Below, piece after piece: positions 1 to 9,674 of a stretch of DNA of 64,000 bases; within the stretch, counting starts at the first letter, position 1, and each line of letters starts with the position of its first letter. The DNA is from Ignavibacteriota bacterium. GTDB lineage: Bacteria > Bacteroidota > Ignavibacteria > UBA10030. The stretch is from assembly GCA_963701295.1 (NCBI GenBank), contig OY969585.1:2592001-2656000 (forward strand), given 5' to 3'. The position numbers and the translations under genes were made by a program. Below the pieces are notes generated by a model, which was not told the DNA's origin, ran no database searches, and saw nothing but the letters and a program-made list of their open reading frames with translations.

Positions 1-2
1 GG

Positions 3-425
3 ATTGCGGGTGAACCTCAATACCTTCTGCTCCAGCGTGCTGATGGCGAAGAACTTTATCCTGGTCTTTGGCAAATAGTAACCGGGTCAATGAAGGAAAA
101 TGAAAGCGCAGACAAAGCAGCGCTTCGTGAACTTGAGGAAGAAACCGGATTGCTCCTGAAACGATTCTGGACAGTTCCAATCGTGGATTCGTATTTTGAC
201 ATACAGAATGACACTGTCCAGATGGTGCCAGTCTTTGCTGCTGAAGTAGATACGGCACGAAATGTGCAATTATCCCATGAGCATCAACGCTTTGAGTGGC
301 TAACGTATGTCGCGATAAGAAACCGCATTGTATGGCCCGGTCAGAGGCAAGCAATTGAAATTGTGCATGAATTTATCGCCGGCGTAAAAGAAGCTGCTCG
401 ATTATTGGAAATAACGCGATTCTAA
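3..425 (+). CDS. NUDIX hydrolase (NudB-like), 5' end truncated by window
   Basis: Frame is open from position 3 (IAGEPQYLLLQRAD...WQIVTGSM). Contains the Nudix box GSMKENESADKAALRELEEETG and an LSHEH motif. Confidence 0.85.
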   Translation: MAGEPQYLLLQRADGEELYPGLWQIVTGSMKENESADKAALRELEEETGLLLKRFWTVPIVDSYFDIQNDTVQMVPVFAAEVDTARNVQLSHEHQRFEWLTYVAIRNRIVWPGQRQAIEIVHEFIAGVKEAARLLEITRF

Positions 426-442
426 ATTGAAAGGAAATTATT

Positions 443-1357
443 GTGAGCCTCTTGGTCATTGGATCCGTTGCACTCGATACTGTCGAGACGCCGTTTGGAA
501 GTGTCAAAGATGCACTTGGTGGTTCAGCAGTATACATTTCTGTAGCAGCAGGTTATTTTACAACCCCCATTCGTCTGGTAGCAGTGGTCGGCGGAGATTT
601 TCCGAAAGAGCATATCGAGTTTATGGAATCGCGTCAAATCGATCTTGATGGATTGCAAAGTGTTGAATCAGGGAAAACCTTCCGATGGGGCGGCAAGTAT
701 CACTATGATTTGAATGTTCGAGATACACTTTTTACAGATCTCAATGTCTTTAAGAATTTCGATCCGAAGATTCCTCAGGGATTCAAATCTTCCTCCTATG
801 TTTGTCTTGGGAATATCGATCCTACCCTTCAATTACGAGTGTTGAATCAAATCAATAAACCGAGGCTCGTCGTAGGCGACACGATGAATTATTGGATAGA
901 AACGAAGCCGAAAGAATTGATGAAAACCATGAAATCCATGGACGCGATCATTGTGAATGATTCCGAAGCACGTTTGCTCACACACGAACCCAACCTCATC
1001 AAAGCAGCAAAGAAGATTATCAAGATGGGCCCGCGTATCATTATCATTAAGAAAGGCGAACATGGTGCAATGTTAGTGACTGAAGATACTATATTTTCAG
1101 CCCCCGCATTTCCGTTGGAAACTATCTTCGATCCCACAGGAGCTGGAGATTCCTTCGCCGGCGGTTTCATCGGTTGGATTGCCCGTACGGATGATTTCAC
1201 GACGGAAAACTTGAAACGCGCTGTTGTCTATGGCAGTACGTTGGCGTCGTTCTGTGTAGAGAAGTTCAGCATAGACAGTTTGCGAGATTTGAGTTATCTC
1301 AAAATTCGCGATAGGTTCCATTCGTTCATGGATTTATCAAGATTTGATGAGAAGTAA
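443..1357 (+). CDS. PfkB-family sugar/nucleoside kinase
   Basis: N-terminal GSVALD and GGSA; C-terminal DPTGAGDSFAGG PfkB signature. Confidence 0.9.
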   Translation: MSLLVIGSVALDTVETPFGSVKDALGGSAVYISVAAGYFTTPIRLVAVVGGDFPKEHIEFMESRQIDLDGLQSVESGKTFRWGGKYHYDLNVRDTLFTDLNVFKNFDPKIPQGFKSSSYVCLGNIDPTLQLRVLNQINKPRLVVGDTMNYWIETKPKELMKTMKSMDAIIVNDSEARLLTHEPNLIKAAKKIIKMGPRIIIIKKGEHGAMLVTEDTIFSAPAFPLETIFDPTGAGDSFAGGFIGWIARTDDFTTENLKRAVVYGSTLASFCVEKFSIDSLRDLSYLKIRDRFHSFMDLSRFDEK

Positions 1358-1359
1358 TT

Positions 1360-2412
1360 GTGATGAAGCCGTTAGAATGGATCAACGGCAAGCTGAAGTT
1401 TCTCGATCAGACAAAACTCCCCCTCGAAGAATTCTTCTGCGAGACCGATGATGTTGTTTTTGTAGCAGAGGCGATCAAGCGGCTCGCAATTCGCGGCGCT
1501 CCGCTTATCGGCATTTCGGCGGCATATGGTGTTGCACTTGCAGGTCTTTCGCTGAACCACTCAATGATGAAAGAAGCACGCTCGCATCTCTTATCGGTTA
1601 TAGATCTTCTTGCCTCAACGCGTCCAACCGCTATTAATCTTTTTTGGGCTTTAGAGCGACAGCGTCGCGTGCTGGATGCATGGCAATCAGATTCCATCAC
1701 CGACCTGCAAAATAATTTGCTTAACGAAGCAAAATGGATTCATCAAGAGGATGCGGAGATGTGCGAGCGGATCAGTTCTTTTGGCATAGAACTTCTTCCC
1801 AACGATTGTTCCCTCCTTACGCACTGCAATGCCGGTGCCCTGGCCACTGGCGGGCGCGGAACAGCTATCGGTATAATTACCAAAGCGTGGGAACTGGGAA
1901 GACTGAAACACGTCTATATAGATGAAACGCGGCCGCTCTTGCAGGGCGCAAGATTGACAGCGTGGGAAATGAAGCAAGCAAAGATTCCTGCGACGTTGAT
2001 AGTCGATAACGCCGCAGCGGTTTTAATGCAACAAAGCAAAATTGACGCAGTCATTGTTGGTGCGGATCGAATATCAATGAATGGGGATGTGGCAAATAAA
2101 GTAGGAACATACTCTCTTGCAGTGTTGGCTAAGCACCATGGAATTCCATTCTATGTTGCAGCGCCTGTTTCGACCATAGATATTCAGATGAGCACGGGGA
2201 AAGATATTCCTATTGAGGAACGAGATGATAAGGAAGTGACAGAATCATTTGGCAAACGAACTGCACCGGAGTCGATACATGTATTTTCACCGGCATTTGA
2301 TGTAACGCCAAATGAATTCGTGACGGCGATTGTAACAGACCAAGGAGTGCGTCGGCCTCCATTTTCAGATTCTCTCAAAATATTGAACTTGCGGAGGGAG
2401 CGTGCTGGTTAA
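1360..2412 (+). CDS. mtnA: S-methyl-5-thioribose-1-phosphate isomerase
   Basis: IRGAPLIG, TRPTAINL, THCNAGALAT, ETRPLLQGARLT, GDVANKVGT motifs. Confidence 0.95.
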   Translation: MMKPLEWINGKLKFLDQTKLPLEEFFCETDDVVFVAEAIKRLAIRGAPLIGISAAYGVALAGLSLNHSMMKEARSHLLSVIDLLASTRPTAINLFWALERQRRVLDAWQSDSITDLQNNLLNEAKWIHQEDAEMCERISSFGIELLPNDCSLLTHCNAGALATGGRGTAIGIITKAWELGRLKHVYIDETRPLLQGARLTAWEMKQAKIPATLIVDNAAAVLMQQSKIDAVIVGADRISMNGDVANKVGTYSLAVLAKHHGIPFYVAAPVSTIDIQMSTGKDIPIEERDDKEVTESFGKRTAPESIHVFSPAFDVTPNEFVTAIVTDQGVRRPPFSDSLKILNLRRERAG

Positions 2413-3211
2413 GACCGAGGTGATAGTTCTGAGATCGATGAGGTACCGCGACACGAGTAAAATCGTCACGTTTTACTCAAAGGAATATGGCAAGTTGAAA
2501 GGTATTGCGAAAGGTGCGAGATCTGCTAAAAATAAATTTGGCTCTGCATTAGAACCGCTCTCTCATTCTATGCTTCTCATCTATAAAAAAGAACATCGTG
2601 ATCTCCATTTGATTTCACAATGCGATTCTATTAACTCTTTCCGAAATCTCACGGAAGATTTAGATCGGATGTCTACCGGACTGTCGGTTTTAGAACTTAT
2701 CGATCAAGTAACACATCATGAAGAACGCACTCCGGCGATGTTTGCCCTGCTCGTTGAAACATTAAGTGCATTGAATTCCAGCACGAAAAATTATCAGACG
2801 TATTTGCAGGCATTCCAGCTGCGGCTTGCAGCATTGTTCGGTTATGGGCCAAATTTTGATGCTTGCGGCCAGTGTGGAAAGCCCGTTCTTATCGACAATG
2901 GAGAAAAGCAAGTTGCATTTCAGATTGTTCGCGGAGCAGTGTTTTGCACTCAGTGCTGCGCACCGAATGATTCTTCGGTACATGACAGTGGTCAGAGTAT
3001 TGCGTTCACGACACTATCAGTACAGGGATTGCAAATTGTTCGCCGTCTCCTGAATGCACAGCTCTCAAGTCTCAGTAATCTTGAGTTCGATATGCGTGTA
3101 GGGAACGAAATGAACGAGCTATTACGTTTGTACTTACGGTATCACTTTGATGGATTAAAGCCATTGAAATCAGCAGAATTTTTTCAACAACAACATATAA
3201 CAACAATGTAA
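2402..3211 (+). CDS. recO: DNA repair protein RecO
   Basis: N-terminal OB fold (VLRS..Y.DTSKIVTFYS...GKL...AKGAR) and CxxC...CxxC zinc finger. Confidence 0.92.
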   Translation: MLVKTEVIVLRSMRYRDTSKIVTFYSKEYGKLKGIAKGARSAKNKFGSALEPLSHSMLLIYKKEHRDLHLISQCDSINSFRNLTEDLDRMSTGLSVLELIDQVTHHEERTPAMFALLVETLSALNSSTKNYQTYLQAFQLRLAALFGYGPNFDACGQCGKPVLIDNGEKQVAFQIVRGAVFCTQCCAPNDSSVHDSGQSIAFTTLSVQGLQIVRRLLNAQLSSLSNLEFDMRVGNEMNELLRLYLRYHFDGLKPLKSAEFFQQQHITTM

Positions 3212-3224
3212 AGGAAGTAGCAGT

Positions 3225-4757
3225 ATGTCGACAAAATCGATTCTTGCAGCAGTTTTTCTTATCAGTCTCGGCATTATTTTCGGTGTTGTGCTGGTGTCCA
3301 GTTTCAAGGGTGTTGATTTCTCATTTGCCGGAGATGACGTCAAGCTTGGTGCATCACAGGCTCCCTTAAAACCAAACTCTACACTTCAAGCTTTGAATGA
3401 AGCATTCCATACCGTCAGCAAAACAGTGACGCCTTCAGTTGTCTTTGTGGAAGTGGAAATGGATCAGGAATCAGATTCTCAAGATGATGGAAGTCAGTTC
3501 TTTCATCGGTTCTTCGGTCCTGATTTTAAATTTGATATGCCGAAGCGCAGTCCGGAAAGAGGCTCAGGTTCGGGAGTTATTATCACCGCGAACGGATATA
3601 TTCTTACGAACAACCATGTTGTGACGAATGCGAAGAAACATGGCATAAAAGTTCAGCTTTCTGATACACGCGAGTACAAGGCAAAACTAATCGGTACTGA
3701 TAAATATACCGACCTTGCCGTGATCAAGATTGACGCAGATAACCTACCGGTTGCTACCCTTGGAAATTCCGATGAAGTTGAAGTTGGACATATCGTCTTT
3801 GCGATCGGTGCACCATTGGGATTGAAATCGACGATGACACAAGGAATTGTTAGTGCGCTAGGGAGAGATATTGGGATCATTGGAGATGAATATCGAATTG
3901 AAAATTTTATTCAGACCGATGCCGCCGTTAATCCCGGTAATAGCGGTGGACCCCTTGTGAATATTCAAGGAGAAGTAATCGGTATAAATTCTGCAATCGC
4001 TACAACAAATGCGCGGTACCAGGGATACAGCTTTGCGATTCCATTGAATCTTGCGAAACAAGTAGCGACAGATATTATTAAATATGGCAAATTCAGGAGA
4101 GGATTTCTCGGAATTGGAATCAAGCCGGTTGATGCTGTAACAGCAAAAGCCGCAGGTCTCGATAAAGCAAAAGGAGTGTGGGTGGAAAATGTAACAAAAG
4201 ATGCGGCAGGAGAAAAGGCAGGAGTCGAATATGGGGATATCATCCTAACAGTTGACGGAAAAGAAGTGAACACACCGCAGGAACTGCAAACTGCGATTGC
4301 CAGTAAACATCCTGGGTCAGTCGTCACTCTCCAGATTTGGAGAGATAAAAAGATCATCGAGAAAAAAGCCGAGCTTGGTTCTCATGATGAAGAAGGCGAA
4401 ACAGTTGCTGAAAAAGTGAAAAATGAAAAAGAAGGATCTGACTCTGATTCGAATGCTGAGAAAGTCATTACTGTAAAAGAACTCGGAGTGACTGTGAAAT
4501 CGATCGATTCCAAAACAAAGAAACGGTACAAAGTGGAAAAAGGTGTATTGGTTTCGGATATCGAAGATATGAGTCCTGCACAGGATCGCGGACTCAAGAA
4601 AGGCGATGTGGTGACAGAAGTTGGAGATCAAAAAGTCTCAACACCGGATCAATTTGAAAGTTCAGTAAAGAAGCTTAAACCGGGCGATGCTGTGATGCTT
4701 CGGGTAAAGGGCGAAGACAAAAAGATGCGGTTTGTCCCTATAGAAATGCCTAAATAA
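3225..4757 (+). CDS. degP: Do/DegP (HtrA) serine protease with two PDZ domains
   Basis: TNNHVV, DLAVIK and GNSGGPL catalytic triad; N-terminal TM segment; two PDZ-like regions. Confidence 0.92.
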   Translation: MSTKSILAAVFLISLGIIFGVVLVSSFKGVDFSFAGDDVKLGASQAPLKPNSTLQALNEAFHTVSKTVTPSVVFVEVEMDQESDSQDDGSQFFHRFFGPDFKFDMPKRSPERGSGSGVIITANGYILTNNHVVTNAKKHGIKVQLSDTREYKAKLIGTDKYTDLAVIKIDADNLPVATLGNSDEVEVGHIVFAIGAPLGLKSTMTQGIVSALGRDIGIIGDEYRIENFIQTDAAVNPGNSGGPLVNIQGEVIGINSAIATTNARYQGYSFAIPLNLAKQVATDIIKYGKFRRGFLGIGIKPVDAVTAKAAGLDKAKGVWVENVTKDAAGEKAGVEYGDIILTVDGKEVNTPQELQTAIASKHPGSVVTLQIWRDKKIIEKKAELGSHDEEGETVAEKVKNEKEGSDSDSNAEKVITVKELGVTVKSIDSKTKKRYKVEKGVLVSDIEDMSPAQDRGLKKGDVVTEVGDQKVSTPDQFESSVKKLKPGDAVMLRVKGEDKKMRFVPIEMPK

Positions 4758-4787
4758 ATCATAAATCTGAAACTCGAAATCTACGAG

Positions 4788-4820
4788 GCGCGGCTGAGAA
4801 TATCGGTCGCGCTTTTTATT
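4788..4820 (+). terminator. Rho-independent terminator after degP
   Basis: gcgcggctga/tcggtcgcgc stem (with G-U pairs) followed by tttttattt. Confidence 0.65.
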
Positions 4821-4924
4821 TGTCCGCCAATTGAATCTCCTACGAAATTTTGTTTAATTAAATATAGATAAGAGTTGGTGGTATTCGCCTTGATGAACAA
4901 ATTGTATTATAAGGAATCAAATCC

Positions 4925-6085
4925 ATGATCCGCTATCTTACAGCTGGTGAATCGCACGGAAAAGCACTTGTCGGTATTGTAGAAGGGGTACCCGCAGGTG
5001 TCGAAATTTCATCCGCATATATCAATCATCAATTATGGCGACGCCAGCAGGGCTATGGACGTGGCGGCAGAATGAAAATTGAATCGGATACAGTTGAAAT
5101 TCTGTCCGGTGTCCGATTCGGAAAAACTATCGGTTCTCCGATTGCATTAGTAATACAGAATAGAGATTGGAGGAATTGGACTGAAAAGATGGCTGTCGAA
5201 GGAAACGTTGCCGGAATAGAAAAAATTACGGTTCCTCGTCCCGGTCATGCAGATTATGCAGGAGCAAAGAAATATGGATTTGACGATATACGGAATGTTA
5301 TTGATAGATCCAGCGCACGGGAGACCGCCATGCGTGTTGCGTGCTGTACCATCGCACGAAAACTGCTAGAAGAATGCAGAATTTTCATCGGAAGCCATGT
5401 CCTTAGTCTTGGTCCCGTTTTGATAAAAGACAGAAAGAAAATTGACAAGTTAATCCTCCGATATACTGAAAATGCATACCTGGTATCAAAAGAAGCAGAT
5501 GGCTCTGAGGTCCGAATTCTCGACAAATCCGCCGAAGCGAAAGCAATTGCCGCTATTAAGAAAGCAAAGAAAGCCGGTGACACTCTTGGCGGTGTTTTTG
5601 AAGTTATCGTAAGCGGTGTTCCGGTTGGGCTCGGCAGTTATGTGCAATATGATCGAAAGCTCGATGGGATACTTGCTCAAGCTCTCATGTCGATTCAAGC
5701 AATCAAGGGGGTAGAAATTGGAGAAGGTTTTGCGAACGCTGCAAAATTCGGTTCGGATATACATGATGAATTTATGCTGAAGAATAGAAATATTATGCGT
5801 AAAACCAATCGTGCCGGCGGCATGGAGGGAAGCATGACAAACGGCGAATTGATTGTTCTCCATGCTGCAATGAAACCCATAGCAACGCTCGTTAAACCGC
5901 TACAAACTGTTGATTTGAAGACAAAGAAAGTGGTCCAATCACGCTACGAGCGTTCGGATGTTTGTGCTGTTCCGGCTGCTTCAGTTATCGGCGAGGCGGT
6001 GATTGCCCCGGTGCTAGCAAATGCATTATTGGAGAAGTTTGGTGGGGACTCGCTGAAAGAGTTATTAAGCAGGTGCAAGGTCTGA
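4925..6085 (+). CDS. aroC: Chorismate synthase
   Basis: [31 protein letters not shown] motifs. Confidence 0.97.
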   Translation: MIRYLTAGESHGKALVGIVEGVPAGVEISSAYINHQLWRRQQGYGRGGRMKIESDTVEILSGVRFGKTIGSPIALVIQNRDWRNWTEKMAVEGNVAGIEKITVPRPGHADYAGAKKYGFDDIRNVIDRSSARETAMRVACCTIARKLLEECRIFIGSHVLSLGPVLIKDRKKIDKLILRYTENAYLVSKEADGSEVRILDKSAEAKAIAAIKKAKKAGDTLGGVFEVIVSGVPVGLGSYVQYDRKLDGILAQALMSIQAIKGVEIGEGFANAAKFGSDIHDEFMLKNRNIMRKTNRAGGMEGSMTNGELIVLHAAMKPIATLVKPLQTVDLKTKKVVQSRYERSDVCAVPAASVIGEAVIAPVLANALLEKFGGDSLKELLSRCKV

Positions 6086-6181
6086 TTCCTAATCGGAAAA
6101 AGCAAGAATATTCATGGCTTCAGATACCGACCTGAAGAATATCTTTATTTGTCATGAAGAAAAATAACCTTATTCAGCGGC

Positions 6182-6721
6182 TTACTGTTTTCGAGGAAGA
6201 ATCTTCGGGGATTCCGAATAATGTAATTGTTCAACCACAGGAGTCAGAACATGTGCAACGTCGGATAACCGTTGTCTTGTTCTGGCGTATAATGCCGGAA
6301 AAGAGTCGAACTGCCCTTTGTCCAATCCTTCCTTCGCTAGTCTCATGCAGACTCCGGCAATTTCCATACGTTGTGAAATTATTAAATATGTCGGGTTGTT
6401 AATTCTCTTTCTGATATCGCCAAGTGTTATTTTATCACGAGAATATTCTTGAACCAGGGATGCGACTTCGGAACTTAAAATGCCCTTAAGCCGTGTTTTT
6501 TCCGTTTCGGTTTTTGCAATAGCTTCTAATGCAATTTGTTGTGCACTCTCTGCCAGCGTCTTGCTCTTTATCGGCTCGCTCATTGCCAAAGATCGAGCAT
6601 GAAGCAAAAGTGTTTCTGCTCGATGAATTGTTTCCATATCGAATTGGGCAGCGCGGCCGTAAATAGCAGTACGAAATGTTTTTTCAGCTTGCTTAATGGC
6701 TTTGTAGGGCATAAACAGCAA
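6182..6721 (-). CDS. Hypothetical alpha-helical protein, N-terminus DUF4398-like
   Basis: 179-aa Ala-rich helical ORF with a plausible upstream promoter. The family resemblance is weak. Confidence 0.6.
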   Translation of the reverse strand: MLFMPYKAIKQAEKTFRTAIYGRAAQFDMETIHRAETLLLHARSLAMSEPIKSKTLAESAQQIALEAIAKTETEKTRLKGILSSEVASLVQEYSRDKITLGDIRKRINNPTYLIISQRMEIAGVCMRLAKEGLDKGQFDSFPALYARTRQRLSDVAHVLTPVVEQLHYSESPKILPRKQ

Positions 6722-6761
6722 CTCGATTCATCAAATCTCTTGCCTTCTCTTAGGCATACTT

Positions 6762-6803
6762 AGTATAGGGAAAGGAGGCCAAAATGATGTGACGAATCGC
6801 ACA
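6762..6803 (-). promoter_or_regulatory. Candidate class II CRP/FNR-family promoter
   Basis: TGTGA-cgaatc-GCACA at 6788-6803 is centred about 41 bp upstream of the start site implied by minus-strand -10 TATACT (6767-6762). Confidence 0.5.
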
Positions 6804-7067
6804 CCGCTCCTCATTGCTGGGAGCTGTATTTCGCCTGCACTCTTCATAACATAACGTCTATAATGTTAACAGAATAAGCGAATAAACATATCTATAATTT
6901 ATGATAGGAAAAGTTAGTATAGTTAGCAAACAAGCTTGCGAAATAGTATAGAAATACGTTGGGCAATGCGGTGAGTTAAGAGATAATTTCAGTTGACAAA
7001 GTGCGAAAGGATGTTTATGTCGCCTATCTGTCGCTCTCAGCCTCGATTTAATTCTAAAAATACTTTC

Positions 7068-7469
7068 CTATACTTTTCCTCGGACATATGGAATATACTT
7101 CCTATCGACTCGGAGAATATGATTTTGGATCCAATCGCTTAAAAATTTCAGTAATTCAATATGAACAGTTTGCAAGCCGCGTTCATAATCCAGTACGAAC
7201 TTGTTCACTCTTTGGATCGCATCTTCATGTTCCTGTTTATGCGCATTCATATTCGGATAATTGTATATTTTCATCAAAGACTCCTCGGCTTTGAAATGAT
7301 ACACTACATATTGCTGCAGCTCTTTCAAAACAGAACCGACCACTTCTCGATCTTGAGCCCCTTGCATGGCATCAAACAATAAGTTGGTAAGAGATAAAAA
7401 CTTCTTGTGCTGCTCATCGAGCTTTTGTATTCCAACTGAAAAGGCGTCATTCCATTCTATGAGAGGCAA
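7068..7469 (-). CDS. Bacteriohemerythrin
   Basis: W.DAFSVGI..LDEQH, HFKAEE, HKQEH, HILRVD di-iron ligand pattern. Confidence 0.93.
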   Translation of the reverse strand: MPLIEWNDAFSVGIQKLDEQHKKFLSLTNLLFDAMQGAQDREVVGSVLKELQQYVVYHFKAEESLMKIYNYPNMNAHKQEHEDAIQRVNKFVLDYERGLQTVHIELLKFLSDWIQNHILRVDRKYIPYVRGKV

Positions 7470-7738
7470 GTATAATTCCTTTTGATAATTACTTTATTTT
7501 AGCTTAATCAAAATTCAGGTCAATTTCTAAAGAAACAAATAGATCATGATTTCTTAATGATTTCACATGTAAATGCGATAACGGGAGTTTCCTCCCGATA
7601 CTCTCTTGAAGTGAAATGCTTGCCTTTGATAGATCTCTGGCGTACTTTGCCAGCAGCTGTTTCACTGGCGAGGCTATTGGTGATACGATGAGGGATGAAA
7701 CGGATTCAATTTGAAGAATAATTTTAAAGAGAGAAAAA

Positions 7739-8080
7739 ATGAAAAGATTATCATTATCTATCGCGGCTGGAATTATTTGTGCGATTCTATGTGCCATTGG
7801 AAGAAAATATTTAATTCCATCCATCACAGTATCTGCTTTAATTGTTTCATCTTTTGGAAATCGAATTCTCATTGGTTTTGTTATCGGTATAAGCAGATTA
7901 AGAATGAACTATCTTTTCCACGGAGCATTCATTGGCTTTTTAGTAACTCTCTCATATTCCATAGGAATGATACTTGATAATAATGTAATGGGCTTTATTA
8001 TGTACACTACAGCAGGAACCATATTTGGATTGTTCATTGAAGTAGTCGTAACAAAAATTTTTAAAGCTGCGAGCATGTAA
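7739..8080 (+). CDS. Hypothetical 4-TM membrane protein
   Basis: 113 aa with four hydrophobic Gly-rich segments (NRILIGFVIGIS). Confidence 0.75.
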   Translation: MKRLSLSIAAGIICAILCAIGRKYLIPSITVSALIVSSFGNRILIGFVIGISRLRMNYLFHGAFIGFLVTLSYSIGMILDNNVMGFIMYTTAGTIFGLFIEVVVTKIFKAASM

Positions 8081-8209
8081 TGAACGAATCGGGGGATATT
8101 TTGTCTCTGCAAGTACACTCATCATATATTGGAAATGTTCATCGGATATTATGCCCTCGGGATAGATGTGAGGAAGAAAGAATTAAATAACGAGTGAAAA
8201 GAAGGTACC

Positions 8210-8653
8210 ATGGAATATAGCCATACACAATATGGAAGTGTCATCGTTATAGGACTATCCACTGTCATGATGATTATCATCATAGTTCCTCTCGATCTCG
8301 GGATATTCCCCCCAGTATTGTTCATTGTCCTGGCAATGCTCGCCATTTCATTAGCTCTTTTCTACTCGCTCAATGTAGAGATCAGCGACAATGTTTTGGT
8401 TTGTTGTTTTGGAATAGGTCTCATTCGAAGACAGATTCTTCTCTCGGACATTCAGCAAGTTCGGGCCGTGAAGAATCCTTGGTTCGGTGGATGGGGAATT
8501 CGTTGGATGCCCGGCCAGTATTGGTTGTGGAATGTTTCTGGATTACACGCTGTAGAATTGCTGCTGAAGAATGGATCCCGGTTTCGCATCGGAACAGACG
8601 AGCCCGAAGCGCTTATCCGAGCCATCGAAGCCAATATAGTGTCGGTCATTTAA
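8210..8653 (+). CDS. Hypothetical membrane protein (2 TM plus bacterial PH-like domain)
   Basis: YSHTQ start, two TM helices, GWGIR, NVSG..AVEL, RIGTDEPE motifs; SD aaggt upstream. Confidence 0.8.
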   Translation: MEYSHTQYGSVIVIGLSTVMMIIIIVPLDLGIFPPVLFIVLAMLAISLALFYSLNVEISDNVLVCCFGIGLIRRQILLSDIQQVRAVKNPWFGGWGIRWMPGQYWLWNVSGLHAVELLLKNGSRFRIGTDEPEALIRAIEANIVSVI

Positions 8654-8691
8654 TCCGCTTACATAGAAACCATTTCTGCTGGCAGGAAAAT

Positions 8692-8762
8692 GTAGGGAAA
8701 AATCAGCAGAAATGAATTCCTGCAGGAAATCGTTCCAAGGACACATGGCAGTGTATCCTTAC
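8692..8762. repeat. Degenerate GTAG-type REP-like element
   Basis: gtaggg at the start and aggacacatggcagtgtatccttac hairpin at the end. Confidence 0.4.
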
Positions 8763-8904
8763 GAAGACGACACTTGAATTACCCCAATGCTATCAAGATT
8801 TTCATCCAAAAAATTGTTAGAATCCAATAACTTGTATCAAGTTGAGATACACAACAGCAACCATCAACATCAATAAATTATCTCTCATATGAAAGGAACA
8901 CCCT

Positions 8905-9483
8905 ATGTCAAAGATTATTTCTGCTCTTATATGTACAGGACTTGCGGCGCTGCTCATCACATTCGCTTCGGCTCAGGAGAAAAAACCGATCGAACCTCCC
9001 AAGCCTGCTATAAATCCCTCTCTGGAGTTGTTATGGGCGTGGAACGATATCGGAAGGAAGCTGATCGCGATGGCGGAGGATTTTCCCGAAGATAAATATA
9101 ACTTCAAAGCCCAAAAGGATGAGCGGACGTTTGCAGATAATCTTCTGCACGTTGCATCAGATTACTACAGCATGATCAGTGCCATCAAAGGAACAGCGAT
9201 GGGGCCTACCGGGAACGAAGATTCCTTGCGGAAAAAGTATCCGACGAAAACAGATATCGTGAAATTCATGAAGCAAGTGGTCGCTGATGGTGCGCAGTTG
9301 ATCAAAGCGCAAAGAGACAGTGGATTGACACGCGAATTTAAATATCCATGGGCAAATATAATGGTTCACGGCTGGTTCGGCTGGCTCGGCACTATCGAGC
9401 ACGCAGGCGAACATTACGGGCAATTGGTAGTGTATTACCGTATTAATGGATTGATACCACCCGAATCCCGGCCGAGAAAATAA
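8905..9483 (+). CDS. DinB-family protein with signal peptide
   Basis: AEDFPEDKYNFK, RTFA..LLHVA, HAGEHYGQLVVYYR motifs. Confidence 0.88.
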   Translation: MSKIISALICTGLAALLITFASAQEKKPIEPPKPAINPSLELLWAWNDIGRKLIAMAEDFPEDKYNFKAQKDERTFADNLLHVASDYYSMISAIKGTAMGPTGNEDSLRKKYPTKTDIVKFMKQVVADGAQLIKAQRDSGLTREFKYPWANIMVHGWFGWLGTIEHAGEHYGQLVVYYRINGLIPPESRPRK

Positions 9484-9516
9484 CATAAGTGAAAGAAGAG
9501 AGAAAGAGTGCATAGA

Positions 9517-9595
9517 GAAAATCTCCACAGAGATTTGATTCATCAAATCTCTGTGGAGAAGGACGTGATAAATCATGTCCCTCCAAAAGTAAAAA
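9517..9595 (+). repeat. REP doublet (family B), copy 1
   Basis: gatttgattcatcaaatc plus ggacgtgataaatcatgtcc hairpins; near-identical to 49960 and 53807 including flanks. Confidence 0.85.
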
Positions 9596-9674
9596 TCATT
9601 TCATAAGCGGACAAGACGACATCGGCAATAGGGAATCGCGGGGAGAAGATGATATTGCAATAAGGAGAAAGTGT

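Noticed and set aside
6840-6970. attC-like site (taac...gttgggc)
   Set aside because: I could not find a convincing paired R/L-box structure, and it is a single occurrence.
7504-7872. 122-aa minus-strand ORF
   Set aside because: It overlaps the more credible membrane-protein gene 7739-8080 and has no recognisable motifs.
9533-9547. FNR box in TTTGATTCATCAAA
   Set aside because: The spacer is 2 nt rather than 4, and the sequence is part of the REP hairpin located downstream of genes.
9157-9576. Antisense ORFs starting MIYHVL (also 49816-50019)
   Set aside because: The shared N-terminus comes from the family B repeat, and both overlap real genes on the opposite strand.
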